Part shown: positions 25,196 through 37,472 of the stretch, in pieces
Layout: the number at the start of each line of letters is the position of its first letter
Numbering within the stretch: the stretch's first letter is position 1
NCBI RefSeq assembly: GCF_902713615.1
Contig: NC_052150.1
Span: forward strand, 115,505,700-115,569,699
Direction: 5' to 3'
Origin: Scyliorhinus canicula
Lineage: Eukaryota
Length of the DNA stretch: 64,000 nt
The notes under the pieces: model-generated
What the model saw: only the letters and a program-made list of their open reading frames with translations
Told to the model about the DNA's origin: nothing
The model's database searches: none
Translations under genes and position numbers: made by a program

Positions 25196-26107
25196 TGTCT
25201 TGCAGGATTCACTGGACTCAGGTGTCCAGCTATCTTCTAGGATATTTAGTCGCTTGATTCGATTCAGGGATTTGCATGATTTTATCTCAAGTACTGAGTC
25301 GACACCCATGTCTACAATGTGAAAGAGTATTGTGTGTTTCATGCCTGCCACTGAGAGCACTAGCTCGCAAGCATCGAAGATCTCTAGAGTTCTTGTTCCA
25401 GAGTCTATCATCAGCCCTTGCCGATCAGCAAAGTCCTGCTGCACGTTTAGTTTTTGCAAAGCATGTCAACTCATGAGGTTGATTGGCGCTTTAGGGTCTA
25501 AGTCACAACGAATGAAAGCATCATTCAGCATTACCTTCAACTTTAGTCCAGACATAAAGGTTTTCGGAGTGTTCTTATTATCTTCATTCTTTCTTATGAT
25601 ATTGTCCCCACCCCTGTCCCTCAGAGTCCTCTGGTTTCTCCCCGCGATGAGATTGATGGAAAACTGTTCTTCAGTGTTTATCACATCTACTGAATGCACC
25701 GTTCATCCAGGGTCCATGGAGCGCGCAAAACATTGTTTTGTAAAGTGCCCCACGTGGCCACATCTGGAATAAACTTTTCCAAAGGCTGGAAATTGCCGCG
25801 GGGCATGTCGAGTGCCACACTTTTGGCACAAGATGGCGGCGGCGGCTCCTATCGGCTGCTTAAAATGGCTGTCCACATTGAGACCACATTTCTTCATGAT
25901 GTGCGTCACAGCACTAATGGCACTGGCTTTTTATTTCATGTTTGCACCAAAGTTGTTTGAGCAGAGTATGCCTATTCTTTGTGCATCTTATCTCACTTCC
26001 CTGGCAAATAAATCTTCACTGCCTTTTCCAACACCAAATGTTCCTCCCGCAATACTATCGCCCAAAGCTTATCATCAAGTAAACCAAAGACAATTTGGTT
26101 GCGGATT

Positions 26108-26366
26108 AATAACAATAATCTTAATTGTGACAAGTCGGCTGACATTAACACTGCAATGAAGTTACTGTGAAAAACTCCTAGTCGCCACATTCCGGCGCCT
26201 GTTCGGGTACACAGAGGGAGAATTCAGAATGTCCAATTCACCTAACAGCACGTCTTTTGGGAATTGTGGAGGAAACTGGAGCACCCGGAGGAAATCCACG
26301 CAGACACGGAGAACGCGCAGACTCCGCACAGACAGTGACCCAAGCCGGGAATCAAATCTGGGACCC
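26108..26366 (-). mobile_element. HE1-like SINE, 5'-truncated, CATTGCAGTGTTAATG-tail type, inside gag
   Basis: Core and tail match the SINE at 50357. Confidence 0.8.
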
Positions 26367-27022
26367 TCAGGTCAACTGAAGTTGCATGACTGGGCCTTCA
26401 GCCTAAAGTCCATGACGAAACTGTCAAATGATTCGCCAGGTCTCTGGGTATGCATACAGAACATATGGCGCTCAAAGATTTCATTCTTCTTAGGGGATCA
26501 TTGCTTATCAAAGTGCTTCATCACTTCATCAAATTTCTTGTGATCCTCCTCATTATCAAACACACATGAGTTGCACAGTTCGAGCGAGTGCTTGTGGACC
26601 TGCCACTGTTAGCAGCAACGCAATTTACCTTTTATCAGGCTGGTCTTCAGGCCCACGGCCGCAACATAAAGTTCGAACTGCTGTTTGAACAGCTGTCAGT
26701 TCTCACCTACATTCCCGGACATCTGAAGCTGGTGGGTGGCCCTCAGACCATCTCAAGCTTCATCATTTTCTGACATGTTGGGTCGCCTCAGGCTGCAGTT
26801 CACCAGTCCGGTCTTCACTGCCGTCGCTATCTTTAAATCTTCAGCACTCGTAGTACCATGTGTTTGGTCCTTTGTACTTTACAAAGGAATCCACCAAACA
26901 CTTTAACTTGTCCAAACCAGAATCTTTTATAGAGTTGCAGTAAGATAGCAATCTGATTCAGCGTACATTATCATGGAGTCTGCTAACTACTCCTCTGGAA
27001 CGTGCACATAGAACTGACCATT

Positions 27023-27249
27023 TTATTTTTTATAAATTTAGAGTGCCCAATTCATTTGTTCCAATTAAGGGGCAATTTAGCATAGTCAATTCACCTACCC
27101 TGCACATCTTTGGGTTGTGGGAGCAAAACCCACGCAAACACAGGGAGAATGTGCAAACTCCACACGGACAGTGGCCTAGAGGCAGGATCGAACCTGGAAC
27201 CTTGGCGCCATGAGACAGCAGTGCTAACCACTGCGCCACCGTGCTTCCC
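27023..27249 (-). mobile_element. HE1-like V-SINE (T/A-tail type) inside the family C LTR
   Basis: A/B boxes and core; ACTGACCATT repeated at 27013-27022 / 27254-27263. Confidence 0.9.
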
Positions 27250-28218
27250 TCTCACTGACCATTCACATCTATGTCTTATTCCCCTCTCAATATTCTTCTC
27301 AAGATGGTGGGATGTGTCTCTTATATCGGTGTCACAGGTAACATGACCTTGGTCTAGCGACTGCGTGGTGTGTCTCTGCACTGTACAACCACCTGCTGTT
27401 TGGAGGTCGCAAACCATCTGTCTATGATATAGCCCATGGGTATGTCATCACATAAGGTAGGAGTGCAGGTTAGTGATGAGGACTTTAAACTAGTTAAAGG
27501 GGAGGGGGAGGACTCAGGAGGTGTTAGTAATGTTTCCTGAACAAGTAAAAGGAGAGAGAATATGGAAAGTGGCAGGAATCTAACTTCACGCATAGCAGAA
27601 AAGGGGACAACTATGAGAAGAAGGGTGGTCAACGCAGGACTGAGGGTGTTGTACCTAAATGTGGGCATTATACAAAAAAAGGTAAATGGGCTTGTGACCC
27701 ACATTAGAATTGGTGGGTACGATGTTGTGGGCATCTCAGAGGCATGGCTGCAAGGGGATCAGGACTGGGATCTAAGTATCCAAAGATATGTGTCCTAATA
27801 AAAAGGCAGGTGGGCAGAGGGGAGGGGTTGTCTTGTTAGCAAAAAATAAATTAAGTTGATAGCAAGAAACGATATAGGATCAGAAGACGTAGAATCTGTA
27901 TGTAGAGTTGAGGAATCACAAAGGAAAAAGTATCTTGATGGAAGTTAGATACAGTCCCCCTAGCAGTAGTCAGGATATGGGTCAGAAAATAAATCAGGAG
28001 ATAGAAAAGGCATATAAGAAAGGCAGTATTACAATAATCATGGTGGAATTCAATATACAGGTGGACTGGGAAAATCAGGTTGGCAGTGAACCCCAAGAAA
28101 AGGAATTTGTGGAATGTCTAAGAGCTGTTTATTTTTGGAGCAGCTTGTGGTAGAGGCCGTAGGGAACAGGCAATTCTGGATTTGGTGATGTGTAATGAGC
28201 CAGACTTGATTAGGGAGC

Positions 28219-29193
28219 ATAAGAACAAAGAACAAAGAAAAGTACAGCACAGGAACAGGCGCTTCGGCCCTTCAAGCCCGTGCCGACCATGCTGCCCGTC
28301 TAAACTAAAACCTTCTACACTTCCGGGGTACATATCCGTCTATTAACACCCTATTCATGTATTTGTCAAGATGCTCCTTAAACGTCACTGTCGTCCCTGC
28401 TTCCACCACCTCCTTCGGCAGCAAGTTCCAGGCACCCACTACCCTCTGTGTAAAATGCCCCCTCGGAATTGATCCCTCTATCCTGGGGAAAAGTCTCTGA
28501 CTCTGTCTCTGCCCCTCATAATTTTGTAGACCTCTATCAGGTCGCCCCTCAACCACCTTCATTCCAGTGAGAACAAACCAAGTTTATTCAACCTCTCCTC
28601 ATAGGTAATGCACTCTATTCCAGGCAACATCCTGATACATCTCTTCTGCACCCTCTCTAAAGCCTCCACATCTTCTGGTAGTGTGGTGACCAGAATTGAA
28701 CACTATACTCCAAGTGTGGCCTAACTAAGATTCTATACAGCTGCAACATGACTTCCAATTTTTATACTCAATGCCCCAGCCAATGAAGGCAAGCATGCCG
28801 TATGCCTTCTTGACTATCTTCTCCACCTATGTTGCCCCTTTCAGTGACCGGTGGACCTGTACACCTAGATCTCTCTGACTGTCAATACTCTTGAGGGTTC
28901 TACCATTCGCTGTATAATCCCTACCTGTATTAGATCTTCCAAAATGCATTCCCTCACATTTGTCCAGATTAAACTCCATCAGCCATCTCACCGCCCAAGT
29001 CTCCAAACGATCTAAATCCTGCTGTATCCTCTGACCATCCTCATCGCTATCTGCAATTCCAACAACCTTTGTGTCGTCCGCAAACTTACTAATCAGACCA
29101 GTTACATTTTCCTCCAAATCATTTATATATACTACGAACAGCAAAGGTCCAAGACTGATCCCTGTGGAACACCACTAGTCACAGCCCTCCAAT
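28219..29193 (-). mobile_element. CR1 3' portion (second subfamily), antisense, inside the long CR1
   Basis: ORF 28827-29144 YINDLEE..SKFADDTK; (AAGAACA)n tail. Confidence 0.88.
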
Positions 29194-30201
29194 CAGACAG
29201 TGGCCACCATATGATAGAATTCATCCAGTCCAGGTGATTTATCCACTTTCAGACTTTTCAACTTCCCCAGTATCCTCTCCTTAGGGATGGCCACTTCACT
29301 CACCTCTGATGGAGAAGCTGGAAACAAATGTAGCAGTATTACAATTGAATAAAGATAACTACATGACATGAGGGAGCTGCTGGTCAGAATTGATTGGAAA
29401 AGGAGCCTAGCAGGGAAGACAGTGGAACAGCAATGGCAGGAGTTTTGGGAGGTTATTCGGGAGGCACAGCAGAAATTTATCCCAAGGAGGAGGAAACTTG
29501 CTAAGGGGAGGACAAGGCATGCATGGCTGACGAGGGAAGGCAAGGACAGCATAAAAGCAAAAGAAAAGCATACAATATGGCAAGGATTAGTGGGAAACCA
29601 GAGGACTGGGAAGCCTTTAAAAGCAAGCAGAGGACAACTAAAAAAGCAATAAAGTGGGAGAAGATGAAATATGCGTGTAAGCCAGCTAGTAATATAAAAG
29701 AAGAATACAAGAGGCTTTTTTTAGATACATAAAAGGTAAGAGAGAGGCAAGAATGGACATTGGACCACTGGAAAATGAGACTGGAGAAGTAGTAATGGGG
29801 AACAAAGAAATGGCACAGGAACTGAATAGATACTTTGCACCAGTCTTCACGGTGAAAGACAGCAGTGGATTACCAGAACTTCAAGATAGTCAGGGGGCAG
29901 AGGTGAGTGAAGTGGCCATCACTAAGGAGAGGAGGGTACTGGGGAATTTGAAAGGTCTGAAAGTGGATAAATCACCTGGACTGAATGGACTACACTCCAG
30001 GGATCTGGAGGAGATAGCTGAGGAGATTGCGGAGGCATTGGGGGTGATCTTTCAGGAATCACTGGAGTCAGGGAGGATCCTGGAGGACTGCAAAATGGCT
30101 AATGTAACACCCCTAGTTAAGAAGGGAGGAAGGCAGAAGACAGGAAATTATAGGCCGGTTAGCCTGGCTTCGGTCGTTGGTAAGGTTTTAGAGTCCATTA
30201 T

Positions 30202-32107
30202 ATTTTTTTTAATAAACATTTTATTGAGGTATTTTTTGGTATTATAACAACAACACAATAAACAATGTACATGAAACGATAAACATAGTGAAAATCCCTC
30301 CCTTACAGGTCCCACCTTTATGAGCCCCCTACTCTAAGCTAAACTAACCCTCCCCCCCCCCCCCCCCCCCCCCCCTTCTGCCGACGATTAATTTTCTGCG
30401 AAGAAGTCGACAAACGGTGTTGCCACGTCCGGGCGAACCCTAACAGTGACCCTCTCAGGGCTAACTTGATTTTCTCCAAACACAGAAAGCTAGCCATGTC
30501 CAATAGCCAGGTCTCCGACTTCGGGGGCTTTCAGTCCCTCCAAGCAAATAGTATCCGTCTCCAGGCTACCAGGGAAGCAAAGGCCAGAACGTCTGCCTCT
30601 TTCTCCTCCTGGATTCCCGGGTCTTCTACACTCCGAAAATCGCCACCTCTGGACTCAGCGCCACCCTTGTTTTTAACACCGTGGACATGACATCTGCAAA
30701 CTCCTGCCAAAATTCCCTCAGCTTCGGACATGCCCAGAACATGTGGACATGGGTTCCTGGTCCTCCCGCACATTTTACACACCTGTCCTCCACCCCAAAG
30801 AATCTGCTCATCCGGGCCACTGTCATGTGAGCCCAGTGAACAACCTTAAATTGTATCAGGCTGAGCCTGGCACATGTTGCGGACGCGTTGACTCTACTCA
30901 ACGCGTCCGCCCATAGACCACCCTCTATCTCTCCTCCAGCTCCTCCTCCCACTTGCGCTTCAGCTCCTCGGTCTGCGTCTCCTCTGACCCCATAAGTTCC
31001 TTGTAAAAGACCATCCTCTATCTCTCCTCCCGCTCCCTTCTCCTACCCACCCTCTGGAAACTACCCTGTCCTGAATCCCCCTTAGCGTTAGGAGCAGGAA
31101 GGTTGACACCGGCTTACGTAGGAGGTCCCGCACCTGCAGATACCCGACTTTGTTTCCCCTCGCCAACCCAAACTTCTCCTCCAGCGCCCTCATACTCGGA
31201 AAGCTCCCCTCTATAAATATATTCCCCATCCTCTCAATCCCTGCTCTCCACCACATTCGGAACCCCTCCCCATCCATACTTCCCGGACAAACCGGTGATT
31301 ATTACAGATTGGGGACCAGACCGATGTTCCCTCTGCTCCCTCTGCTCCCACATGTCTCCTCCATTGCCTCCCGACTCTCAGGGCCACGATCACCACGGGG
31401 CTGGTGGAGTACCGTGCCAGCGGGAACGGCAGAGGCGCAATTACCAATGCCCTCAAACTGGTGCCCTTGCATGAAGCCGCCTCCATACGGTCCCATGCCG
31501 ACCCCTCCCCCACCACCCACTTCCTGATCATGGCTATATTCGCCACCCAGTAATAGTTACTAAAATTTGGCAGCGACAGCCCATCCTCTCCCCAACTCCC
31601 CAACTGTAGAATGCGCTCCTTATCCGAGTACCTGTGGAATCTCACCACCATTGCATTCGGGGGGTCTCCCGTTCGTGGCTTCCTCGCGAGTGCTCTGTGA
31701 GCCCTGTCCACCTCCAAGGGTTGGGAGAATGCCCCATTTGCCAGCAGCTTCTCAAGCATATCTGCGATGTAAGTCCCAGTGTCCGCTCCTGCGGACCCCT
31801 CCGGGAGCCCAACGATTCTCAAGTTCTGCCGGCGGGACCTATTCTCTAGGTCCTCCACCTTCTCCAGGAGCTTCGTCTGCTGGTCTCTCAGCATCCCCAC
31901 CTCCAACTCCACCACAGTTTGATGTTCCTCCTGCTCAGCCAGTGCCTTCTCCACCTTCTGGATCACCCAATCTTGGGCGTCCAATCTAAGCTCCAGCCGC
32001 TCAATCGACTCTTTTATAGGGTCCAAGCAGTCCTATTTCTGCTTAGCAAAGTCTTCCTGTATAACTTCCTGTGCAACTTACTCCTTCATAGCCGCCACCG
32101 GAAGTCC
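30202..32107 (-). mobile_element. L1 with both termini but large internal deletions (1.9 kb)
   Basis: 5' end GGACTTCCGGTGGCGGCTATG; ORF1 ENRSRRQNLRIVGLPEG; ORF2 C-terminal CCHC; 13-bp TSD TAGAGTCCATTAT. Confidence 0.9.
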
Positions 32108-32591
32108 TAGAGTCCATTATTAAGGATTAGATTGCCAAGTTCTTGGAAGTGCTTGGCAAAATAGGGCTGAGACAACATGGCTTCATCAAGGGGAGGTCAT
32201 GCCTGACAAAGCTGTTAGAATTCATTGAGGAGGTAATAAAGAAGTTAGACAAAGGTGAGCCAGTGGACGGGATCTATTTGGATTTCCAGAAGGCCTTTCA
32301 CAAGATGCCGTACAGGAGGCTGCTAAATAGGATAAGAGCCCATGGTGTTAGGGGCATAGTACTGCTAGAGATAGAGGATTGGCTGACTGGCAGAAGGCAA
32401 AGAGTGAGGATAAAGGGGTCTTCTTCAAGATGGCAGCTGGTGACCTGTTACGCAGGGCTCAGTGTTTGGACCACAACTATTCATCTATGTACATTAATGA
32501 TCTGGAAGAAGGAACTGACGGCATTGTTGCTAAGTTTGCAGATGATACAAAGATATGCACAGAGACAGGAAGTATTAAGAAAGCAGAAGGG

Positions 32592-33542
32592 TGGGCGTTT
32601 GTTAAGCGGCAGGTGGCGGAGTTCCCGCTGCTGCCGCCTAGGGGGGTGCAGGATAGGGTGCTCTCGGGGACGTGGGTCGGTGAGGGGAGGATCTCGGGGA
32701 TTTATCAGATGGTGCAGGAAGAGGAGGAGGCCTCGGTGGAGGAGCTGAAAGCGAACTGGGAGGAGGAACTAGGGGAAGAGATTGACGACGGGACATGGGC
32801 GGATGCCCTCGGGAGGATGAACTCGTCCTCTTCGTGCGCACAGCTCAGCTTAATTTAGCTGAAGGTGCTGCATAGGGCGCACATGACTGGGGCCAGGATG
32901 AGCTGGTTCTTTGGGGGGGGAGGACAGGTGCGGGAGGTGTTCGGGAGGCCCGGCAAACCACACCCACATGTTCTGGGCATGTCCGGCGTTGGAGGGGTTT
33001 TGAAGGGGGTGGCGGGGACTTGTCCAAGGTGGTCGGTTCCGGGGTGGTGCCGGGCTGGGGGCTCACGATCTTTGGGGTAGCATCGGAGCCGGGAGTGCAG
33101 GAGGCGAGAGAGGCCGGTACACTGGCCTTTGCGTCTCTAGTAGTCCGGCGTAGGATTCGCTTACAGAGGAGGGACGCGAAGCCCCCGAGCCCGGAGGCCT
33201 GGATCAATGATATGGCCGGGTTCATCAGGCTGGAAAACATTAAGTTTGCCCTGAGGGGGTCGGTACAAGGGTTCTTCCGGCGATGGCAGCCTTTTCTCGA
33301 TTTCCTGGCGGAGAGGTAGAGGGTGGTCAGCAGCAGGGGGGGGGGGGGGGGGGTTGGGATTTGTTAAGGGGGTTTTTGCGACGGTGTGTTTGCTATTTCT
33401 TTTTCTTTCTTGCATTGTTATTAGTTATTAATTTATTACTTTGTATTGGGGGGATTTCTGTTTCTGTTTAATTTTACACCTTGTTTACTTTAACTGTTGG
33501 GAGAAAATTTGTTGTTGTAAAATTTGTATAAATTTTTTTTTA
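32592..33542 (+). mobile_element. 5'-truncated L1 3' fragment
   Basis: ORF2 end ...RRWQPFLDFLAER*; 15-bp TSD AAGAAAGCAGAAGGG. Confidence 0.9.
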
Positions 33543-34205
33543 AAGAAAGCAGAAGGGCTGTTGAAGGACTTGGACAGGCTAGGAGGGTGGGCAAAGAAGC
33601 GACAGTTGGAATGTGGAAAAGTGTAAGGTTATGCACTTTGATAGGAATAATAGAGGCATAGACTATTTTCAAAATGGGAAAGGCTTCAGGAATCTGAAGC
33701 ACAAACAGACTTAGAAGTCCGAGTTCAAGATTCTCTTAAGGTTAACTTGCAGGTTCAGTTGGCAGTTAGGAAGGCAAATGCAGTGTTAGCATTCATGTCG
33801 GGAAGGCTAGAATACAAGAGCAGGGATGTACTGTTGAGGCTGTGTAAGGCCCTGGTCAGACCCCATTTGGAATATTGCGAGCGTTTTGAGCCTGTATCTA
33901 AGGAAGGATGTGCTAGCGTTGGAGGGAGTCAAGAGGAGGTCCACAAGAATGATCCAGGGAATGAAAGGCTTGTCGTATGAGGAGCAATTGAGGACTCTGG
34001 GTCTGTACTCAATGGAGTTTAGAAGGATGGGGGAGGGCTCATTGAAACTTATGGAGTACTGAGAGGCCTAGGATGTTTCCACTAGTAGGAGAGACTAGAA
34101 CTCGAGGGCACAGACTCAGACTGAAGGGACGATCCTTTAAAACTGACATGAAGGTGGTGAATCTGTGGAACTCATTGCTGCAGAAGGCTATGGAGGCCAA
34201 GTCAC

Positions 34206-34860
34206 AAACTGTCTCTGTTTTTGGGACTTTGGGACTATGTTCACACGCCGATGGGAAAACTGGCCTTTTATGGCAGGAAAACTGGCATTAAAAGGTTAAA
34301 AATCCCCCTTTGGCTGGGGGGTAGCAGGCAGCTATCGTAGAGCTCGCAGCTCTAGCTGCCGATACGGCTCCCCACATTTTCGGGTCAGAGGCCACGCATG
34401 CACACAGCGGTGGCCTCCAGCGGCCGCGCCGTGATCCATGGCGGACTCAGCCCACGAACCTGGACCGGCAAACTAGTGCCCTGCATCGGCCGCTCGCATG
34501 CCCAGGAACACCTGCACACATTGCCCCCAGTCCCGAATGAAGCCCCTGTGCCCGCCGATCAGCCCCCTCCCAACTGTGGCGGCCCCAGACTGAGTCAGCA
34601 GCCGCCACGCAAGGATCACAGATGGTGGGACCATGTTAGAACCACGCCATCGGGAATTTGGCCGGTTGGCAACGGAGCATAGCCGGGCGGGCCTCAGGCA
34701 ATGGGCTGAGGCAGTAGATATTCGGCGCGGCGTACTCCACGATTTTCGGGGGGCAGAGAATTGCAAAACCGGCGCTGATCCCAATTTCGTGCGCGGAAAA
34801 TTATTCTCCATCCCGTCGCCGAACGCGATTTTGGCATCGGGAGGCAGAGAATCCAGCCCC
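34206..34860. mobile_element. Harbinger-type MITE, left TIR lost
   Basis: Right TIR GAGAATCCAGCCC; interrupts the CR1 3' region. Confidence 0.65.
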
Positions 34861-34989
34861 TTAATAAGGGGTTCAGTGGTTCCGGGGAGAAAGCAGGGGA
34901 ATGGGGATGAGAAACATATAAGCCATGATCGAATGGTGGAACAGACCCAATGGGCTAAATAGTCTAATTCAGCACCTTACAGCCTTATG

Positions 34990-36290
34990 GATGGCCAGGG
35001 TGTTGTGTCTTTTATGACGCAGGTGGAAGGCGGAGTGCTGGGGTTAGATCCTTGGCACTGTTTGCACCCAAGCAATAAAGTCTTTTCGTTTTTGTTTATT
35101 TCACATGTCAAGGTGCCTGGATGACATTGCCAAGCCAGCAGGAGCACTGCCTGGGTGCCAGGGTAGCAGTGTAAGGGTGCCTGAGTGCCAGGGTGGCATG
35201 CCAAGGGTCGGGGGCAAGGGGGACCATGCCAATTAAATGAGGGTGCAAGGGGGGTTTGAAGGATGGAGGTGTGCAGGGCAGGTAAGTAGGGGCCTTCAGG
35301 TGGTTGGGTAGGTGATGGGTGGGGTGCTAGAAGGGAGGAGGTTCTGTAAGGGGGCTTGGGGGAACCTGAAGAGGGGTGTCCCCCAGGGACCCTATAGCGG
35401 GGTGTCCTCACGTGGGGTATGCCCATGTGTGTGGGGGTTGACTTTTCCTGTAGGTGGGATTTTGGGAGACCCACAACCTCACGTAGAGATCGGGGAACCC
35501 ATTCAAAATGGAGGCCCGATATCTGAGTTCAGCTCCCCAGTGCTAAAGAAAATTCTAATTGTGGGCGAAACCGATGAGAAACTCTCCAGGGCCCAAAAAC
35601 GTGACTCAGTGTCATTGAAGAACGGTGGGGAACTTGCCGGTTCCGAAACTCCCTGAAAAACAAAGTCCCGACAGAGGGTGGTTGGTACCGTCCTAGTTCT
35701 CTTTTGAACACAGACATCAAGCTACTCATCAAGGTTTCTGGATCTTCAGCTGGAGCCTTGCCTCCTCAATATAATCTCGAAGGATCAAACAGGCTTCATG
35801 GAGGGCTGACAATTGTCGGTCATTACACCTCTCCTGTTAAATGTTGTCCTTTCCACCTCCCGAACCTGAGGTGATAGTGTCTCTTGTTAGAATTAAAAGG
35901 CATTTGATAGAGTGAAGTGGGAGTACTGTGATTCTTGGGAGGTTTGTATATATTTCTTGGATTTGCCTGTTGTATAAGGCCCCCGCTGCCAGTCTTTGCA
36001 CAAATACCCTTAACTCTGATTATTTTCCTTTGGGCCACCGTCTCCCTTCCCGTTTTCCCTAGCAATGGAGCCGCTTGCGATAACACTGAGGTCCTCTGTT
36101 AAATGGAGGATGATTAGTCGGGAAGGTGTGGAGCATTGGGTGACCCTTTATGCGGATTACCTACCTCTTCATTATTGATCCAGCAGCCTCCGTAGATGAC
36201 ATAATGAAGTTGCTTAGCACCTTTGCCTCCTTCTCTGGGTATAATGAACTTCGGTAAGAGTGAATGTTTCCCTGTTAGCCCCCCGCGGCT
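34990..36290 (+). mobile_element. Old L1, right part (EN/RT fragments), with a GC-rich MITE piece ~35105-35660
   Basis: LDPW..LHP...FSF, SLLNTDIKLL, DQTGFM, LYADYL. Confidence 0.65.
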
Positions 36291-37230
36291 CTAAAAATGT
36301 ACAAATACGCTCTACTTCCTACTAAAGCAGGCAAATGCACAAACACACTTCCTAAGCTTCAATTAAAAACAAATGCAACTTTACAGAGTATCAGATATTA
36401 AACTTGGCCAAGTAAGATGGAGATAATAAGCTTACTAATTTACACAATAGTAAAGATTGACTGATTTTGTCCGGAGTCTGGTTCTTCAGTGAAACAGTTG
36501 TTTTTCAGTCATGGCTGCTCAGATCCCCTTGACTTGTTGCAGAAAATCCAAAGGTTTTTTTTAGTTGCGTCTCCATTTGCTGCAGGAATGTCAACACATT
36601 ACTCAGCCAAATGTGGTGCTGACCTGGATGGGTGCAGACCTGGGTGAAATGTTATAGAGAGCGAGAAGGAGATCCTTGCTCCCTGTGGCTGCCTGCATGC
36701 TCCTTGCTGAGATCCCAATTCCAGCATCCACATAAAAGGTTGTATCACATGACCTCTCTCCATATTGTAAGGGTCCTTCCTGTTTGTTCCCTGTTTATTC
36801 CCTTATTCGCCTTTTATTTTGCTGTTGTCCAATGGCAGCCCGATGAAGAGATCTAACTAACTCTCTCCACTTGTACGTTCCAAAGAATAGAGGACTAGCT
36901 CATGTCTTGCATAGCCAAGATGAGTAATATTTTAGTCTCCCAGCCATTAGCTCCTGATTGGTCCATCCTGCAGATTAATGGTCGGAGCTATGTACTGCTG
37001 CCAATCTCAGTTGGAGTCTCCACAGACTTGGCATCTCGATGGAATGAATTGCATCGTCACCAGTGAAAATTTACAGCTACTTCCAAGTCCGTGTCCTTCG
37101 TCCAGTAAAAATGTCTTTTCTTAGCTATAACTAGCTCATGATGTAACAAATTAGTATTCCTTACAGCACATCTTGGTAACAAAACTTCAATTACTTATCA
37201 GTAATGTGAATTAACACTTGGAATTTTCAG

Positions 37231-37311
37231 ATACATCATTGTCCCTTGGAATGGAAAAAGATACCTTTTCATCTTTGGAGACCACGTATCCTAGCAAGCA
37301 ATATCAATCAG
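37231..37311 (+). CDS. Candidate host-gene exon D (81 nt, phase 1-1): DTSLSLGMEKDTFSSLETTYPSKQYQS
   Basis: ttttcag acceptor, CAG|GTAATG donor, symmetric length. Confidence 0.65.
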
Positions 37312-37412
37312 GTAATGTTATCTTTACCACATTTTTCGTAATACCCGTAAGGCATTTATTTCTTATTTCTGTCCAGGAGAGCTAACAACTTTTTAAAACT
37401 TTCCCTCATTAG

Positions 37413-37472
37413 AATCTATAGATGATTTGTTAGATTTGAAAAAGGACGAAAAAGCATCTTTATCTCTGAGTG
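37413..37472 (+). CDS. Candidate host-gene exon E (60 nt, phase 1-1): ESIDDLLDLKKDEKASLSLS
   Basis: Branch point GCTAAC at 37381, ctttccctcattag acceptor, G|GTAAGT donor, 101-nt intron from exon D. Confidence 0.7.

Larger units (their letters stand above)
25196..27452 (-). mobile_element. Gypsy-type element (family C): 5' LTR 26859-27452, PBS, decayed gag and protease
   Basis: LTR TGTGATGAC...AAACACA; PBS TGGTACTACGAGTG (tRNA-Leu-like); QLFKQQFELYV, IRNQIVFG, CQKCG..H..CGHVGHFTKQC knuckles; protease-like IRCDLDPKAPINLM...FHIVD...SCKSLNRIKR. Confidence 0.8.
27453..34988 (+). mobile_element. Long CR1/HER1-like LINE (ORF2 EN-RT to 3' tail), fragmented by nested insertions
   Basis: LYLNV...YDVVGISEAWL, KVDKSPG, NYRPVSL, QHGFIKGRSC, YLDFQKAF, KFADDTK, LVRPHLEYC; 3' tail 34861-34988. 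Confidence 0.88.

Noticed and set aside
7172-37472. Alternative phase-0 reading of the exons (LINPTLGGVAFLQFY..., IHHCPLEWKKIPFHLW...)
   Set aside because: Looks protein-like in places but has about 8 stops across the chain, whereas the phase-1 chain is open; not fully excluded if the locus is a pseudogene
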